Virus record (IMG/VR): IMGVR_UViG_3300008262_000016
Source: a virus
Direction: 5' to 3' (one strand)
DNA length: 64,000 bases
The position numbers and the translations under genes were made by a program. The notes beneath the pieces were generated by a model. The model was not told the origin of the DNA. It searched no databases and was given only the letters and a program-made list of their open reading frames with translations. Below, one piece after another: positions 26,679 to 36,780 of this stretch (position 1 is its first letter; every line of letters starts with the position of its first letter).

Positions 26679-27324
26679 CGTTCCCTCCTGGACACCAGCG
26701 GTGCTTAAGAACTGCTTTGGTATAAATGGTCTTCTTACCATTCGTCACAGGTCCAGTGTAGTTGTCGTTGAGAGAACCGTATGGATCGTTTATGTAATAT
26801 CCCTTTCCATCTGGGGTTTTACCAATGACGACACACATATGCCCACCAGTAGGTGCAGAAAGAGAACCCCTATGAAGGATGCCAATAACAACTGGCTTCC
26901 CAGCGTCCAAACTTTTATCAATATCAGCAAAAGATAGATTGTAACTAAAGTGTGACTTAACTCCATAAGCCGCCAAAACTTTCGTCTGAACGGCGTGGTC
27001 CGTTGTATCACCAATCTCAAATACTTTCTTAACATACTCATCGTCGCCTTTAATGCTTCCTGGCTTGAGGAAAGATAAACACATAGCGCACGATGAAGAG
27101 TTGCAAGTTCTATGTGCATCTCTGTAGTTGTCTACTTGGTTATAGTATGGAACTGCAAGAACTTCTGGAGTTGGTGGTTTCGTTCTAAAGATACCAATCC
27201 AGTCAGTCTCTGAATCATCCATGAAGTTAGCAGGTAGGTTATCTTCTAACCACTGAACTGCCGCAACATGATTTGAATTGTTTTCGTCGTAATACTTGAA
27301 AAAGTTATGAAGGTCAAGTGTCAT
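26653..27324 (-). CDS. C39-like cysteine peptidase with the same N-terminal module as the endolysin
   Basis: VPYYNQ...C.SSSCAM...GGH..V.IG...DPYG. Confidence 0.85.
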   Translation of the reverse strand: MTLDLHNFFKYYDENNSNHVAAVQWLEDNLPANFMDDSETDWIGIFRTKPPTPEVLAVPYYNQVDNYRDAHRTCNSSSCAMCLSFLKPGSIKGDDEYVKKVFEIGDTTDHAVQTKVLAAYGVKSHFSYNLSFADIDKSLDAGKPVVIGILHRGSLSAPTGGHMCVVIGKTPDGKGYYINDPYGSLNDNYTGPVTNGKKTIYTKAVLKHRWCPGGNDGWGRIFD

Positions 27325-27502
27325 CTTTGTCTCCTATAAACTCTAATGAGAAAATATCATGATCTAAAATATCTGGATCCAACCACTCACTGAATTCTGA
27401 TTGAATCGCATGGGCATTCTCAATATTTTCCTCACAAAGAGTATGAATGCGGTCAACTGCCCAATCATGTGTTGTTTGTAGAGTCTGCTCCAAAGTTACC
27501 AT
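27314..27502 (-). CDS. hypothetical protein
   Basis: Overlapping ORF in the operon. Confidence 0.55.
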   Translation of the reverse strand: MVTLEQTLQTTHDWAVDRIHTLCEENIENAHAIQSEFSEWLDPDILDHDIFSLEFIGDKDDT

Positions 27503-27914
27503 AATCTTTTCGCATGTAGCGTCCTAGAATATTGCTATTATAGAATGCTGGACTTCCATCGTCAAGAGACTCCTTCAACACATTATTTAGAAAAAGTTGT
27601 TTCGTTTCTTCATAATTACAGTCACCCTTTGCCTTATGAAGACTCAATATTTCTCTATTGAAATTCTCTTTGTTATACTTTTTGATATCTTCCTTTAACT
27701 CAGGACAAGAACCATAATACTTCTTCCAGTCTGATTCTTGTTTTACTCTTCTCTTCTTTCCTGGAGGAGTTCTGAATGCCCAGAAGTATTTTCTACCGAT
27801 GTATCTTCTACCGGTGGTCTTATTGGTAATACAGTAAACAAAACCAAAGTAGTCCCCAATATCATCACTGTTAAAAATTTCCCCACTATATCTCCAGGGA
27901 TTCCCATAACTCAT
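27465..27914 (-). CDS. GIY-YIG (Seg-like) nuclease-family protein
   Basis: GFVY.ITN...YIGRK...YYGS...F.REIL...E...YN. Confidence 0.8.
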   Translation of the reverse strand: MSYGNPWRYSGEIFNSDDIGDYFGFVYCITNKTTGRRYIGRKYFWAFRTPPGKKRRVKQESDWKKYYGSCPELKEDIKKYNKENFNREILSLHKAKGDCNYEETKQLFLNNVLKESLDDGSPAFYNSNILGRYMRKDYGNFGADSTNNT

Positions 27915-28021
27915 ACTATAGAATTCTATGAGCTATTATTTATCTTTAACCGGGACAAACCTAGTCTAGCAATAAAAAAGCACCCTGTCAAGAGGGTGCT
28001 TTATGTGTTATGATAGTTGCA

Positions 28022-29257
28022 TCAGACTGGGGGAAGACTTATTCCAGAACCACCAAGTCTTTTAACAGCAGCACCAGCAGCATCAGATTCGGCACCAGAA
28101 GTGCCTTTCTTCAGTTGAGTTGCTTTTTCAATGCGTTGATTTTTTCTATGAGCCTCAGGATTAATAGGTTCTGGCATTACACCTTCGATAACTTCACCTT
28201 CTGGTTCAATTGGAAACCCTTCAACAATGCTCTGGATATATTCAGCATCCATCTGCATCATAACGTAATGCGCTTCTTCTACGGTGTCTGCGTGCCCCTC
28301 AGAGAGGAGATACTCAAGAACTAAGTCATAGGCGTCATATCCTTCTTTAACATTATATCTTGCATTATTTGCCCAACCTGGATCCCCCTTTGTCTTGAGT
28401 TTTGGTGTTTGTGCCTGTATGCTAGATGCAGGTTCTAAGGATGTATTCGATACACTAATGTTCTTCAGATCTTCAAGATCTTGTTTGATTGACTGAACTC
28501 TTGGAACATTGTATTTTTTCTCAGCAGCCTTGAACAGCTCTTTTTGGGGAGCAGTTGACACATCAATTCTGGATCCACCCTTCTCAACGCTAGGGACAGT
28601 AAACTTACCAGCATACTTTTTAGCCCATATTTCCTTACCAACTGCTTCTGCTTCTTTTGTGTTACCTTGTTTGATTAGATCGCGGTAACGTTGAGAAGGT
28701 GATACCTGTGGAGCGGGTTTTGTTTTTGTTGCTTCAGGTTTTGCTTCTGCTGCAGGCTTTACTTCTGCTGCAGGCTTTGCTTCTGCTGCAGGCTTTGCTT
28801 CTGCTGCAGGCTTTGCTTCTGCTGCAGGTTTTGCTGGTTCTGATGTTGGTAATGGGAAAAGTTTATTAAGTTCCGCTCTCAATTCATCATGAGTTTTTGG
28901 TTTTTGATCTGGTTTTTGATCTGGTTTTTGATCTTGCTTTGGATCCTGTTTTGGATCCTGTTTTGGAGGTGTTGCCCCTGGTTCATCCCATCCCTGTACA
29001 GGAACATTACGTGGTCCAGCAGGATTAATACCAAAAGTTTCAAATTCTGCTCTAGTATATGGACTCTGACCACTAGACTGTCTGAGTTTGTTAATCTGTT
29101 GAGGAGTCATAAATGCACTGGTTGGTTCACCAGCAGCTCTTTTAAGAGCATCTTCCATACCACTCATCCATCCAGGAAGTTTTCCTGGAATAGGATATCT
29201 AAATCTGGTTACTCCACCAGTTGTTAGTCTGTCGTATTTTTCGTTAAAGTTTTCCAT
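28022..29257 (-). CDS. probable internal head protein with low-complexity repeats
   Basis: PKQD/KPDQ and AKPAAE repeats; shared YDLVLEYLLSEG module. Confidence 0.6.
   Translation of the reverse strand: MENFNEKYDRLTTGGVTRFRYPIPGKLPGWMSGMEDALKRAAGEPTSAFMTPQQINKLRQSSGQSPYTRAEFETFGINPAGPRNVPVQGWDEPGATPPKQDPKQDPKQDQKPDQKPDQKPKTHDELRAELNKLFPLPTSEPAKPAAEAKPAAEAKPAAEAKPAAEVKPAAEAKPEATKTKPAPQVSPSQRYRDLIKQGNTKEAEAVGKEIWAKKYAGKFTVPSVEKGGSRIDVSTAPQKELFKAAEKKYNVPRVQSIKQDLEDLKNISVSNTSLEPASSIQAQTPKLKTKGDPGWANNARYNVKEGYDAYDLVLEYLLSEGHADTVEEAHYVMMQMDAEYIQSIVEGFPIEPEGEVIEGVMPEPINPEAHRKNQRIEKATQLKKGTSGAESDAAGAAVKRLGGSGISLPPV
28737..28835. repeat. 18-bp tandem repeat, about 5 copies (AKPAAE)
   Basis: (TTTGCTTCTGCTGCAGGC)n. 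Confidence 0.9.
28897..28966. repeat. 12-bp tandem repeats (PKQD / KPDQ)
   Basis: TTTTGATCTGGT and TTTGGATCCTGT units. Confidence 0.85.
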
Positions 29258-29258
29258 T

Positions 29259-31358
29259 TCAGCGTCCTTTTTTGAATGTTGATGGATACATGGAACCAGG
29301 TGGAATTAACTCCATCTTAGTTTTTGATAGTGTGTCTGCTGCTCTTACTTCAGTATCTCTTACTTCTCTACCTTTTTTGTTAATCCATTTTTCTGCTTCA
29401 TGACCGATTTTTTCTGGATCTATTCTACCTCCAGTAGCACCTTTAACAATACCAGATGCAAGAGAACCTCCAAAATCAGTTACTCTACCAATGCCTTTTC
29501 CTGCAAGATTAGCAAGATAATCAGACCCTCTCAAAAATTTTTCTGTTGCACGCTGAGACCATTGAGATGGTCCGCTCTGTTGATACGCTTGTTCCATAAA
29601 CTGTGAATAAGTCTTCATTGGTTTCCTCCTGTTAACAGACTCTGGTAATCCTTGAATTTTTTTAATTTCACGAACTTTTTTCCTCATGTTTTCCTCATCA
29701 CTCTTGGTATAAGCATCTGGAAAGAGAGTTCTTCCAATCCTTTCAAAAGGATTAGATGATGTACGTGCTCTAGCAGCATTAGAAGTGTCTGCCGCCTTAT
29801 ATCCTGTATATTCCTGACCCTGATAACTTTGTTTTGTAAGATAACCTACAGTATCTTTACCAGTTCTTGGATCTTTAACAACTGTTTGAAGTGATCTGGT
29901 GCCGAAAGAACCAGGTTCAACAGATGGTTTCCTCATCTGTTGAGTGTCTAGATTTTGTTGTCTAGCAAGTTTTTTCTCGGTTGGAGTTTGACCTGCTAAG
30001 GTTTCAAAAGCACCACCAGCACCGGCATAACCAAGACCACCACCAATGAGTCCACCAGCAATTCTTCCCCAAGGACCAACTAGACCGCCAATGTTTGCTC
30101 CTAGTTTAGCTCCCTGAGAAGCTGCATATAGTTGAGAACCTTTTTTAGCAGCAGTTCTTCCAATTGATGCTTGTTTTTCTGGTGCTGTTATATCATATAC
30201 ACCTTCAATACCAGCGGTAACAGGAAGAGTTAGCCTACCACCAATGGATTTTGTTTTTGATGCTAGATTAGATAATCTTCCTGAAGGGGTGGATAATCTT
30301 CTAGCAGTATCAATTTTCTGAACTGCTTGTGATGTAGGACCAGTAGACCCTGGTTTTGCTGCTTGAACTGATGCCTGCTGACTAAATGCTTTAAAGGTAT
30401 TGGCTGGAGGTGTTCCACCTCTACCATAGGTTACCCTAGAAGCACCAGTTGGTTTAGATGGTTTAGATACATCTGGTAGTTTAGGACCACTACCTCTAGT
30501 GGTTGTAGAACCAGAACCCTGTCCTCCTCTTACCTTGGGTGTTGGAGAGGATTTTGCTGGTTTTGTATCTACATCTTGAACTGCCTTGCCGAGGTCCTTC
30601 AGACCCTGCTGACTATATCCTGACGATTGTTGTGGTCCTTTCTTACCCATCAAATCGTCTGCCTGCTGATGAATAGCAGCATCGATTTTAGCAGTAGTTC
30701 TTTTTACTGGGTCTGGTTCTAAACCTTTGAAAAACTTGGTGTCCTTTGCAGACATCTCTGGTGTTGAAATATTTGCTCTACCAGTTTTTAAATCCGTTGT
30801 GGTAGTAGATGCTCTTCTACTAAATTCACCAAATCCAGTCTGTTTAGCAGTTGATGGTGATGGATAATTTTTTTCAATCTTAGCAATATCTATCTTAATT
30901 CCTCTTCTTGCCGCTCTTCTTTCGGCACCTACACCCTGAGAAGCAGTTCTACTTCTTTCCCTAGCATCTGCTGCTGCTTGTCTTGGGTCTATACCATACT
31001 TTGATGGGTCCTTTCCTGGATCACCATATCCAAGTGATCCTCTACGGGTAGCATAAGTTTCAACACCACGCTGAGTAATGTTACCTTCTGGCGATCTATA
31101 TCCTTTTGCTTGCGCCTGCTGCTCTTTGGCAGATAAGGCAGTATCAGCAACTCTCTGAGCAGAAGGTGTTGTTGCTGCTTGTTGAACAGCAATTTTTGCT
31201 GCTCGTCTAGCAGCTCTACCTTGATATGATGGTTGAGAAGAAGGTTGTCTATCTATTCTAATCTCAATGTTTTTGTTTCTAAGAGGATCTTTGAATTCCT
31301 TCTTACTTCTACCCTGTTCATGTAATATTTCCTTAAAGGACTTCATCTCTATCGACAC
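29259..31358 (-). CDS. large basic probable internal virion protein with glycine zipper
   Basis: TATAAATA at 31368; MKSFKEILHE and MKTYSQFME motifs; GAKLGANIGGLVG..AGGLIGGGLG. Confidence 0.6.
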   Translation of the reverse strand: MSIEMKSFKEILHEQGRSKKEFKDPLRNKNIEIRIDRQPSSQPSYQGRAARRAAKIAVQQAATTPSAQRVADTALSAKEQQAQAKGYRSPEGNITQRGVETYATRRGSLGYGDPGKDPSKYGIDPRQAAADARERSRTASQGVGAERRAARRGIKIDIAKIEKNYPSPSTAKQTGFGEFSRRASTTTTDLKTGRANISTPEMSAKDTKFFKGLEPDPVKRTTAKIDAAIHQQADDLMGKKGPQQSSGYSQQGLKDLGKAVQDVDTKPAKSSPTPKVRGGQGSGSTTTRGSGPKLPDVSKPSKPTGASRVTYGRGGTPPANTFKAFSQQASVQAAKPGSTGPTSQAVQKIDTARRLSTPSGRLSNLASKTKSIGGRLTLPVTAGIEGVYDITAPEKQASIGRTAAKKGSQLYAASQGAKLGANIGGLVGPWGRIAGGLIGGGLGYAGAGGAFETLAGQTPTEKKLARQQNLDTQQMRKPSVEPGSFGTRSLQTVVKDPRTGKDTVGYLTKQSYQGQEYTGYKAADTSNAARARTSSNPFERIGRTLFPDAYTKSDEENMRKKVREIKKIQGLPESVNRRKPMKTYSQFMEQAYQQSGPSQWSQRATEKFLRGSDYLANLAGKGIGRVTDFGGSLASGIVKGATGGRIDPEKIGHEAEKWINKKGREVRDTEVRAADTLSKTKMELIPPGSMYPSTFKKGR

Positions 31359-31504
31359 TTTTTTTAGTATTTATAAAAAAAGGAGGGTATTACCCCTCCG
31401 TTTCCTTCAACCATTCTTTGCAATAATCATAGTCTCCGAACAAGAATTCATCACATTCTGCTGCTTCTTGATAAGCATTTATAATTTCTTGTTCGACCCA
31501 CTCA

Positions 31505-32680
31505 TCATAATTGGAATCCTGTAAAAGAGTCTTTGGTAACATCTTGCTTAATTCCTCCAACAATATATGATTCGACCTCAGTTTCTTGTGGTGCAACTTG
31601 AAGACCCTTTGAAGAAATCCAGTGCTCTGTCCAAGGAAGAGGATTATTCTTTGCGGAAATATCATAAAGTGGTTTGAATCCAATTGCCTTCATTCTACGG
31701 TTCGCAATCCATTCAACATACTGCTGTAACAGTTTGTCATTCAGACCAATCATAGATCCATCCTTGAACAGATACTCTGCCCAAAGTTTTTCCTGGTTTA
31801 CAGCGTTCTCAAAGGTCTTGTAGATCCACTGTTCTTCTTCTTTGGCGATACGCGCCATTTCTGGATCATCTCCATTCATCCAGTTCTTAAGGATGTTCTG
31901 GGTGATGACTAGGTGCTGGTTTTCATCTCTAGCAATTAGTGAGATGATTTTTGCACTTCCTTCCATAAGTTTGAGTTCGCCAAATGCAAAACTGCAAGCA
32001 AATGACACGTAAAAGCGAATGCCTTCAAGAATATTAACGTTTGCAACTGCTCTGAATAGTTTGCGCTTGAGTTCATACCTTCCTTCTAGTGCGGTGGGGA
32101 CTTGCTCTAATGCGTGCAACCAATCATTTCCATTATCATATTGATGTGCTGCGTTAATGAAGTCGTTATACGCTTGCGTAACGCTCACAGCACGCTCCAT
32201 AATCCGATCCTCTCTGAGGATAGTATCAAAAACCTCAGATGGGTCTGAATAAATGTTTTTGATGATATAGGTGTAGGAACGTGAGTGAATCATCTCCATG
32301 AATTCCCACACTTTCATGCAAGCTTCCAGTTCTGGGAGAGAACAGTAGGGCGCGAACGCCATACCAGGTCCACGTCCCTGAACGGAATCCAGCATAATCT
32401 GATACTTCAGATTGCTGGTAAAGATATGCTTTTGTTCTGGACGCAGCATATGATAGTCGCTGCGATCCTTTTGAAGAGAGACCTCCTCTGGTCTCCAAAA
32501 ATACCCTAGTTGTTGAGTTGTAAGTTTTTCAAAGATTGGATATTTGTAAGAATCATATCTTTGAACTCCCAGAGGTTGACCAAAGAACATTGGTTGTTTC
32601 TTTGTATCAACCTCGTTGGAGTTGAAAACTGTCATGGAATCAACCATTGGTTTTCCCTCCAACCCTGTCTTAAATCTTAC
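31505..32680 (-). CDS. nrdB: class Ia ribonucleotide reductase beta subunit; native start probably lost
   Basis: FWRPEE, LDSVQGR, EMIHSRSY, LEGIRFYVSF, RDENQH, VAPQETEVESY. Confidence 0.96.
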   Translation of the reverse strand, partial: VRFKTGLEGKPMVDSMTVFNSNEVDTKKQPMFFGQPLGVQRYDSYKYPIFEKLTTQQLGYFWRPEEVSLQKDRSDYHMLRPEQKHIFTSNLKYQIMLDSVQGRGPGMAFAPYCSLPELEACMKVWEFMEMIHSRSYTYIIKNIYSDPSEVFDTILREDRIMERAVSVTQAYNDFINAAHQYDNGNDWLHALEQVPTALEGRYELKRKLFRAVANVNILEGIRFYVSFACSFAFGELKLMEGSAKIISLIARDENQHLVITQNILKNWMNGDDPEMARIAKEEEQWIYKTFENAVNQEKLWAEYLFKDGSMIGLNDKLLQQYVEWIANRRMKAIGFKPLYDISAKNNPLPWTEHWISSKGLQVAPQETEVESYIVGGIKQDVTKDSFTGFQL

Positions 32681-34818
32681 TCTTGTGCCCATACCGAAAT
32701 GGGGATCTCATTGTTAGGATATTGAGTTGGATTATAAGACCAGTTGCCGCTGATTGCTTGGTCGAAGAACTTTTGCATCACAGCAACAACATTAATATAA
32801 CCACGATTGGACTCCATATCCCAAAGAAGCGTATAAGCATTTTTAAGAGATTGATATTGGGGGACAATCTGCTTAAGGACTCCTTTCTTTGACTTCTTAA
32901 CGGACAGGAATGCACGGGGAGGTTCGATTCCATTTGTTGCGTTTGACACAACGGAACTGCTCTCTGAAGGCATTTGTGCGGACAATGTTGAGTTCCGTAC
33001 TCCGTATTGCTTAACCTGTGTTCTAAGACCTTCCCAATCATATTTTAACTCGTTGGGGACGATTTCGTCAACGTCCTTCTTGTATGTATCAATGGGAAGA
33101 ATTCCATTACCATACTTGGTTCGATGTGAATATTCACAAGCACCTTTCTCTTTAGCAAGGTTTACAGTTGCCTGAATGAGGTAGTATTGGAATGCCTCAG
33201 TGAGGTCGTGAACCGCGTTCCAGGCACCCTGAGAGTCGTATGAGTGCCCGTGCTTGGCGAGATAGTGTGCTAAACCAATATAACCAATTCCAAGGGAGCG
33301 ACGTGCCTTTGTAGCGATCTCTGCTGCCTTGACTGGGTATCCTTGAAAATCAATGAGTTCATCAAGACCCCTAACAGCAAGATCACAGAGAACTTCAAGA
33401 TCCTCAAGATCCCTAATTTTTCCAATGTTAACAGCAGAAAGAATGCAAAGAGCAATTTCGCCATCAGTATCATCAATATGTTGAAGTGGTTTAGTAGGCA
33501 GAGTGATCTCCTGACACAGATTGCTCATCTCAACTTTATCCATAAAGGAGGAGTGAGAGTTGCAGTGGTCGATATTCATAATGTAGAGGCGACCAGTTTC
33601 AGCACGCTCTTTCAGAATATCCAAAAAGAGTTCTTGAGCTCCGATAGTCTTTCTTGGAATAGACTTATCTGATTCATAAACATTGTATAACTCATCAAAT
33701 CCATCAGTACCAAAAGCATCATACAGACCAGGAACGTCGTGTGGAGAGAAGAGTGAGATGTTTTCGTTTTTGATGAAACGCTCATAGAACAACTTGGAAA
33801 TTTGAATGGAATAATCTAGTTTACGGACACGATTATCTTCACTTCCTTTATTATTCTTCAGAACAATGATATCTTCTATTTCTTGGTGCCAGATCGGGAA
33901 GTGGACAGTCGCTGATCCACCTCTGATGCCATTTTGAGTGCAGCATCGGACAGTCGCTTCAAACTTTTTGAGGAAAGGGATAACGCCTGTGTGCTGAACT
34001 TCTCCGCCTCTGATTTTAGCGTTGATGCCCCTGATGCGACCTGCGTTGATACCGATGCCCGCCCTTTGTGCAACATATCGGCCAATAGCCATATCGCTAG
34101 TAAAGATACTATCGAGGGTGTCATCAGCATCAATAAGGACACAGCTAGCATATTGTCTAAGTGGTGTCCGCACTCCCGCCATGATGGGGGTTGGGATGTT
34201 GATTTTGTGTTTGGAGATTGCGTCATAATACCTCTTAACGTAATCCAAACGAGTCTCTTTTGGATATTTAGAGAAGATAGTTGCCGCAATCAAAAGGTAC
34301 ATAAATTGTGGCGTTTCGTAAAGTGCCCCAGTGCTTCTATCCTGCACGAGGTACTTATCAACGACCTGACGTAGACCTGCATAAGTGAACAGATAGTCAC
34401 GCTGATGATCAATAAACGACTGAAGTTTATCAAAATCTTCTTCAGTGTAAAGATTGAGAATTTCTTCATCATATACACCCTTTTCAACGCAACGTTCTAC
34501 ATGTTGTTTCAGGTTCGGAATTTCGTGCATACGTCCATACAACTGCTTGCGAGTAGCAAACAGGAGCAGACGAGCAGCAACAAATTGATAGTTGGGATGC
34601 TCCAGGTCAATCAGGTCAGAAGCAGAACGGATCAGAATCTCCTGAATTTCTGCAGTGGTAATGCCATCGTAAAATTGAATACCAGACTGCATTTCAACTT
34701 GCGATGCAGATACATTTGCTAGATCTTTACACGCTTCTTCCACCATAACGTGGAGTTTATTTAAGTCAAGAGGTTCAGTCTTACCGTTTCTCTTGACAAC
34801 TTTAGTTCCATTGCTCAT
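32677..34818 (-). CDS. nrdA: class Ia ribonucleotide reductase alpha subunit, C-terminally truncated
   Basis: ATP cone, PTP, ASC, SNLCQE, MPSESSS, DQAIS; lacks the terminal KTxYY and CxxC. Confidence 0.95.
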   Translation of the reverse strand: MSNGTKVVKRNGKTEPLDLNKLHVMVEEACKDLANVSASQVEMQSGIQFYDGITTAEIQEILIRSASDLIDLEHPNYQFVAARLLLFATRKQLYGRMHEIPNLKQHVERCVEKGVYDEEILNLYTEEDFDKLQSFIDHQRDYLFTYAGLRQVVDKYLVQDRSTGALYETPQFMYLLIAATIFSKYPKETRLDYVKRYYDAISKHKINIPTPIMAGVRTPLRQYASCVLIDADDTLDSIFTSDMAIGRYVAQRAGIGINAGRIRGINAKIRGGEVQHTGVIPFLKKFEATVRCCTQNGIRGGSATVHFPIWHQEIEDIIVLKNNKGSEDNRVRKLDYSIQISKLFYERFIKNENISLFSPHDVPGLYDAFGTDGFDELYNVYESDKSIPRKTIGAQELFLDILKERAETGRLYIMNIDHCNSHSSFMDKVEMSNLCQEITLPTKPLQHIDDTDGEIALCILSAVNIGKIRDLEDLEVLCDLAVRGLDELIDFQGYPVKAAEIATKARRSLGIGYIGLAHYLAKHGHSYDSQGAWNAVHDLTEAFQYYLIQATVNLAKEKGACEYSHRTKYGNGILPIDTYKKDVDEIVPNELKYDWEGLRTQVKQYGVRNSTLSAQMPSESSSVVSNATNGIEPPRAFLSVKKSKKGVLKQIVPQYQSLKNAYTLLWDMESNRGYINVVAVMQKFFDQAISGNWSYNPTQYPNNEIPISVWAQE

Positions 34819-35786
34819 ATTTTCTTCCAGTTGTTAAACTTAATTTTTGCTTCTAAACCTGAGTAGGTATTTGATTCTATCACATCCATAACATTAAGTC
34901 CAGAGAGGACCATATCATTGATGTCCTTGTCTACGATTCCGCTTGGCCAGATGACGACGCTTTCGCCTCTTGATATGCATTTGCTAATGCGATTGACGAT
35001 TTCTCGATTGCGGGGCTCATTATCATAAACAAAAACAATACTACTTCCTTCAAGACAACGAACATCACCATCACTACCACACAGAGCCACACTATTGTTG
35101 ACGAAAGTGCTGTCGAAGGGTCCTTCAACCACGTAGACTGGTAGTTTCTCATCGATTGTATTAAGTCCATAAATTTTCGGTGCCTCCTCGTCAAGCATCA
35201 CAGTGATATATTTAACAGAGTTAGGAACTAGACTTCTTCCCTGAAAACCAATAAGATCATTGTCTTTACCATACATTGGTATAATAATACGACATTCATC
35301 ACCACCTATGGTGTCGAATGTTTGTTTTTGGGAATTAGTCCACTCTTTGAATTTGTTAGCGAAGTAAAACTTTTCTGGGTTGAGTTTTCTTTTCTCCAAG
35401 TATTCTCTAGCAGTAGGAACTTCCGATGCCTTAGGAAGATCTAATCTCTTTTTGAAAGTTGGTTTACTAAACTCCAGTTTTGGTGCTTCTACAACAAATC
35501 CCTTACCAGTATGACCATCCCTAAACTTCTCAAGCGTATATTGCTTATGAAGCGTAGGGTCCAGTTCCTTAAGGAAGTTATTAAAAGACAGACTAGCACC
35601 ACAATTATGACATTTAAAGTTGGTGTTATTCTTCACAGGATACAAATATCCCCTCGCCTTATTTTTATTACGTGAGGAGTCCCCACAGATAGGACATCGG
35701 AAGTTGTATAGATCCGACTTTACCCTCTTAAATTTTTGAAGGCGTGACGAAACGAGTCCAATATACTTGGAGTCAACCAAATCCAT
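34815..35786 (-). CDS. gp61: DNA primase
   Basis: CPICGDS...CHNC, GFQGR, EGPFDS, DNE, KDIND. Confidence 0.95.
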   Translation of the reverse strand: MDLVDSKYIGLVSSRLQKFKRVKSDLYNFRCPICGDSSRNKNKARGYLYPVKNNTNFKCHNCGASLSFNNFLKELDPTLHKQYTLEKFRDGHTGKGFVVEAPKLEFSKPTFKKRLDLPKASEVPTAREYLEKRKLNPEKFYFANKFKEWTNSQKQTFDTIGGDECRIIIPMYGKDNDLIGFQGRSLVPNSVKYITVMLDEEAPKIYGLNTIDEKLPVYVVEGPFDSTFVNNSVALCGSDGDVRCLEGSSIVFVYDNEPRNREIVNRISKCISRGESVVIWPSGIVDKDINDMVLSGLNVMDVIESNTYSGLEAKIKFNNWKKI

Positions 35787-35796
35787 TATGCGAATG

Positions 35797-36210
35797 CTAT
35801 TTCTGCTGCTCTATTCTAACCCCTGCTTGAGCAGCAGTCAATAGTCTTGGAACAAATGCGTTTACAGTGCTTATGGCGATAACAGAAACAGCCAAAACAC
35901 CACCAACCTGCCATCTAAATTTAGATAAACCTTTTATCTCTACTTGTATTCTATCAATTCTTTCGTGAATAATCTTATGATCTCTATCACTTGCTTGTTT
36001 AACTTCATCAATCATCTTGATGAGTAGATCGTCTGTCTTTATACTTTGCTCTATTCTTTCGTCATGCTTAGCAAGAATTGCTGCGATGCGTGAATTCCCT
36101 TCGGAAATCTTATCGACTGCCGACTCCAGTTTTGATAACATTTCGCGGGACAAGTCTTCATAGATATCGAGTTTAGATTCAAGAACCGCAACTTTAGCTT
36201 GACTGAACAT
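35797..36210 (-). CDS. coiled-coil protein with C-terminal TM
   Basis: Heptad pattern, hydrophobic tail. Confidence 0.7.
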   Translation of the reverse strand: MFSQAKVAVLESKLDIYEDLSREMLSKLESAVDKISEGNSRIAAILAKHDERIEQSIKTDDLLIKMIDEVKQASDRDHKIIHERIDRIQVEIKGLSKFRWQVGGVLAVSVIAISTVNAFVPRLLTAAQAGVRIEQQK

Positions 36211-36406
36211 TTTTCTTCTTTTTCTTTCTACTTGCTTTTACAAGACCTCTGAAAAAGATATTCCACCCTCTTTCTTTTTTACGTCTCAAGTCTACAGGAG
36301 GATCATCTCCTGCTTCAACAGTACCTGCAATACCACCAGCACCAACTGTCATTTCTTCGTCAAGTTTATACTGACGAACAATATCAATAACTCTGTCGAT
36401 ATTCAT
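36194..36406 (-). CDS. hypothetical protein
   Basis: Coupled ORF. Confidence 0.6.
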   Translation of the reverse strand: MNIDRVIDIVRQYKLDEEMTVGAGGIAGTVEAGDDPPVDLRRKKERGWNIFFRGLVKASRKKKKKNVQSS

Positions 36407-36774
36407 AGTGCATTTAATTGTTCTAAACAGTTTACATCAGACTCAATATCATCAACTACGGTCTTTGGATATTCTGGAATTCTTTTTAAGAATATCAGAA
36501 AACTTTTAATAGATGGCCAAAGTTCCTCTTCTAAGTTATAGAATAAAAGAGGAACTGCCGCATCATTAAAGACATTAAACAGTATTATAAGGTGGTTTAA
36601 TATAAGATGAACTTTAAGTTCACCTGTATTCTTATATTTTTTTAATAAACGTTTTACATATCTAATCCGTTTCAGATCAGATTCAAAGTCATCCTTTGTA
36701 ACTGCCTGCGGATTATCGTAGAATTTTATAGCAAAGAGCAAATAGTTGCTCTCATTCAATTCATCAAATCTCAT
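36403..36774 (-). CDS. conserved T4-like hypothetical protein
   Basis: FAIKFYDNP...DLKRIRY...LILNHLIILFNVF. Confidence 0.8.
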   Translation of the reverse strand: MRFDELNESNYLLFAIKFYDNPQAVTKDDFESDLKRIRYVKRLLKKYKNTGELKVHLILNHLIILFNVFNDAAVPLLFYNLEEELWPSIKSFLIFLKRIPEYPKTVVDDIESDVNCLEQLNAL

Positions 36775-36780
36775 ACTTTA

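Noticed and set aside
28737-28966. Tandem repeats as a CRISPR-like array
   Set aside because: In-frame coding repeats without unique spacers; no cas genes.
32681-32692. MGTR as the nrdB start
   Set aside because: The ATG lies in nrdA codons upstream of the apparent deletion junction.
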